Positions 62,721 to 64,000 of a stretch of 64,000 bases of DNA are shown in pieces. The notes under the pieces were generated by a model. The model was given only the letters and a program-made list of their open reading frames with translations, was not told the DNA's origin and searched no databases. Both the position numbers and the translations under genes were made by a program. This stretch comes from Lama guanicoe (Eukaryota), in NCBI GenBank assembly GCA_013239625.1, contig MU054187.1, forward strand, positions 16,632,941-16,696,940, in the 5' to 3' direction. The first letter of the stretch is position 1; each line of letters begins with the position of its first letter.

Positions 62721-64000
62721 ATGGGCCTACAAGCTGAACATAATAAACACTTTAGGACAGCACTGCAGGACATGCAGATGGGGCTATTTTCAGAGGCTAA
62801 GTCCTAAGAGACTGAGAGCACAGGCATGAACTACAGCAAAAACTGTGATCCGAGGATGAGCAAACAAGAGCCACATGAAACTTAACGGAACAACTAAGTC
62901 TTTAAGTCCTCTATAAATCTGGAAAAGGACTTCAGGATCTGAGTCCTACGAAGAGAATTCTAAATGACTTGAAGATGACTGGAACACATGCTTAACTGCA
63001 CACTTTATGGCACTCGAGAGAATGTGAAAATAGCCCTAAAGGAACAGAGGTATTAGCGAGGGACAAGCAGGAAGTAGCATGTGATACCTCCTGTATATGA
63101 GGCACTGGCTTCCCTATGGTTCTTTCTCTCATTTAATCCTCATAACACAGTCAGTATCACACCCATTTTAAGAAGTCAAAAATTAAGAGATTGACAACCT
63201 GTTTAGCATGCTGATCACCCACTGTGGATCGGGTGCCCCTGAGGAAACACAACTGTCACCCAGATTTGGGTGACGTGGCGATCAACGTGTCAAGGTCAAG
63301 CTGGCAATTAGTAAATTTCTGGTGAACGCTAGGGAAATGGTGGAACACACAAAAGCAAGTCAGCAGTAGGGATATTTGGTAAGCCTGGATCAAATGCAAT
63401 CCCACAGAGCTCAAAGCTAAATTTTTTCCCTCAAGATCATTCTCAAAACCAGACTGCCAGTCAAGCTCTCAGGACTGCAGATGCAGAAAGAAATTAAAGG
63501 AATGTGGTCAGGTTGCCCCCGATGCCTGGGATGTACCTCATCAACATTCCCTTTCCCTGCCTCTACCCACGTGGCCAGAGAACCGTTTAAAGAGACTGAA
63601 TGTCAAATCTGAACAAACAGAATACGTCAGTGAAAAAAGGAGACTTGAACCCCCATCTATTATGAACACATATGACATGCTTAGTACAGGCAACTCCAAC
63701 CCACCTACCTAACACTGGAAAGGAACGGTATACGTAATCAAAACAGGATTACTTCAGAGCGCTTGGTTTTTATCTTTTAATAGTAAGAAGAAAAGACAAC
63801 TGGGATGAAATTTTATCTCACCTTATTGATAGGGAGGTAAGAAGGAAGAGCTCTGAAAAAAGAATCAAATAAAACAAAAAGCAATCTAGAGAAAGGCATT
63901 TTGATCCATAGATGGGAGAAGGCTGGGAAGCTGACCGACAGACCACAGAGGGAAGGGCAGAGGCTGCTAGACGTCCTCTTGCCAGCCTCCATGTCCATGT

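Noticed and set aside
1..64000. CRISPR array, operon or other novel multi-gene system
   Set aside because: This is eukaryotic repeat-rich DNA. I saw no regularly spaced repeat-spacer arrays and no credible CDS other than PEX2.

Overview
Mammalian, AT-rich, repeat-dense genomic window, probably from a camelid. This rests on a tRNA-derived SINE at ~33.45-33.6 kb that resembles the camelid Vic-1 family, plus cetartiodactyl-type L1 3' ends. The only credible protein-coding feature is PEX2 (peroxisomal RING E3 ligase subunit) on the minus strand. Its whole 305-aa CDS (52136->51219) lies in one terminal exon whose splice acceptor sits 17 nt upstream of the ATG. Sequence above ~52.2 kb is PEX2 intronic, with possible small 5'UTR exons, and no promoter or CpG island is visible before the window ends. 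Positions 1-~48 kb are gene-free. By human synteny recalled from memory this would be the ZFHX4-PEX2 interval. It is made of old L1/L2/MIR/CR1 fragments, MaLR/ERVL/ERV1 LTRs, a few DNA-transposon relics and some repeat-poor blocks that may be enhancers. I found no convincing novel multi-gene system. The most noteworthy items are small-scale: a perfect 22-bp-stem hairpin created by an inverted templated insertion inside an L2, a nested L1-in-L1 insertion with an apparent 3' transduction in a PEX2 intron, a young 395-bp solo LTR with an intact TSD, and an extra Cys in the PEX2 RING domain. Repeat family names are from memory of consensus sequences, and most repeat boundaries are approximate.
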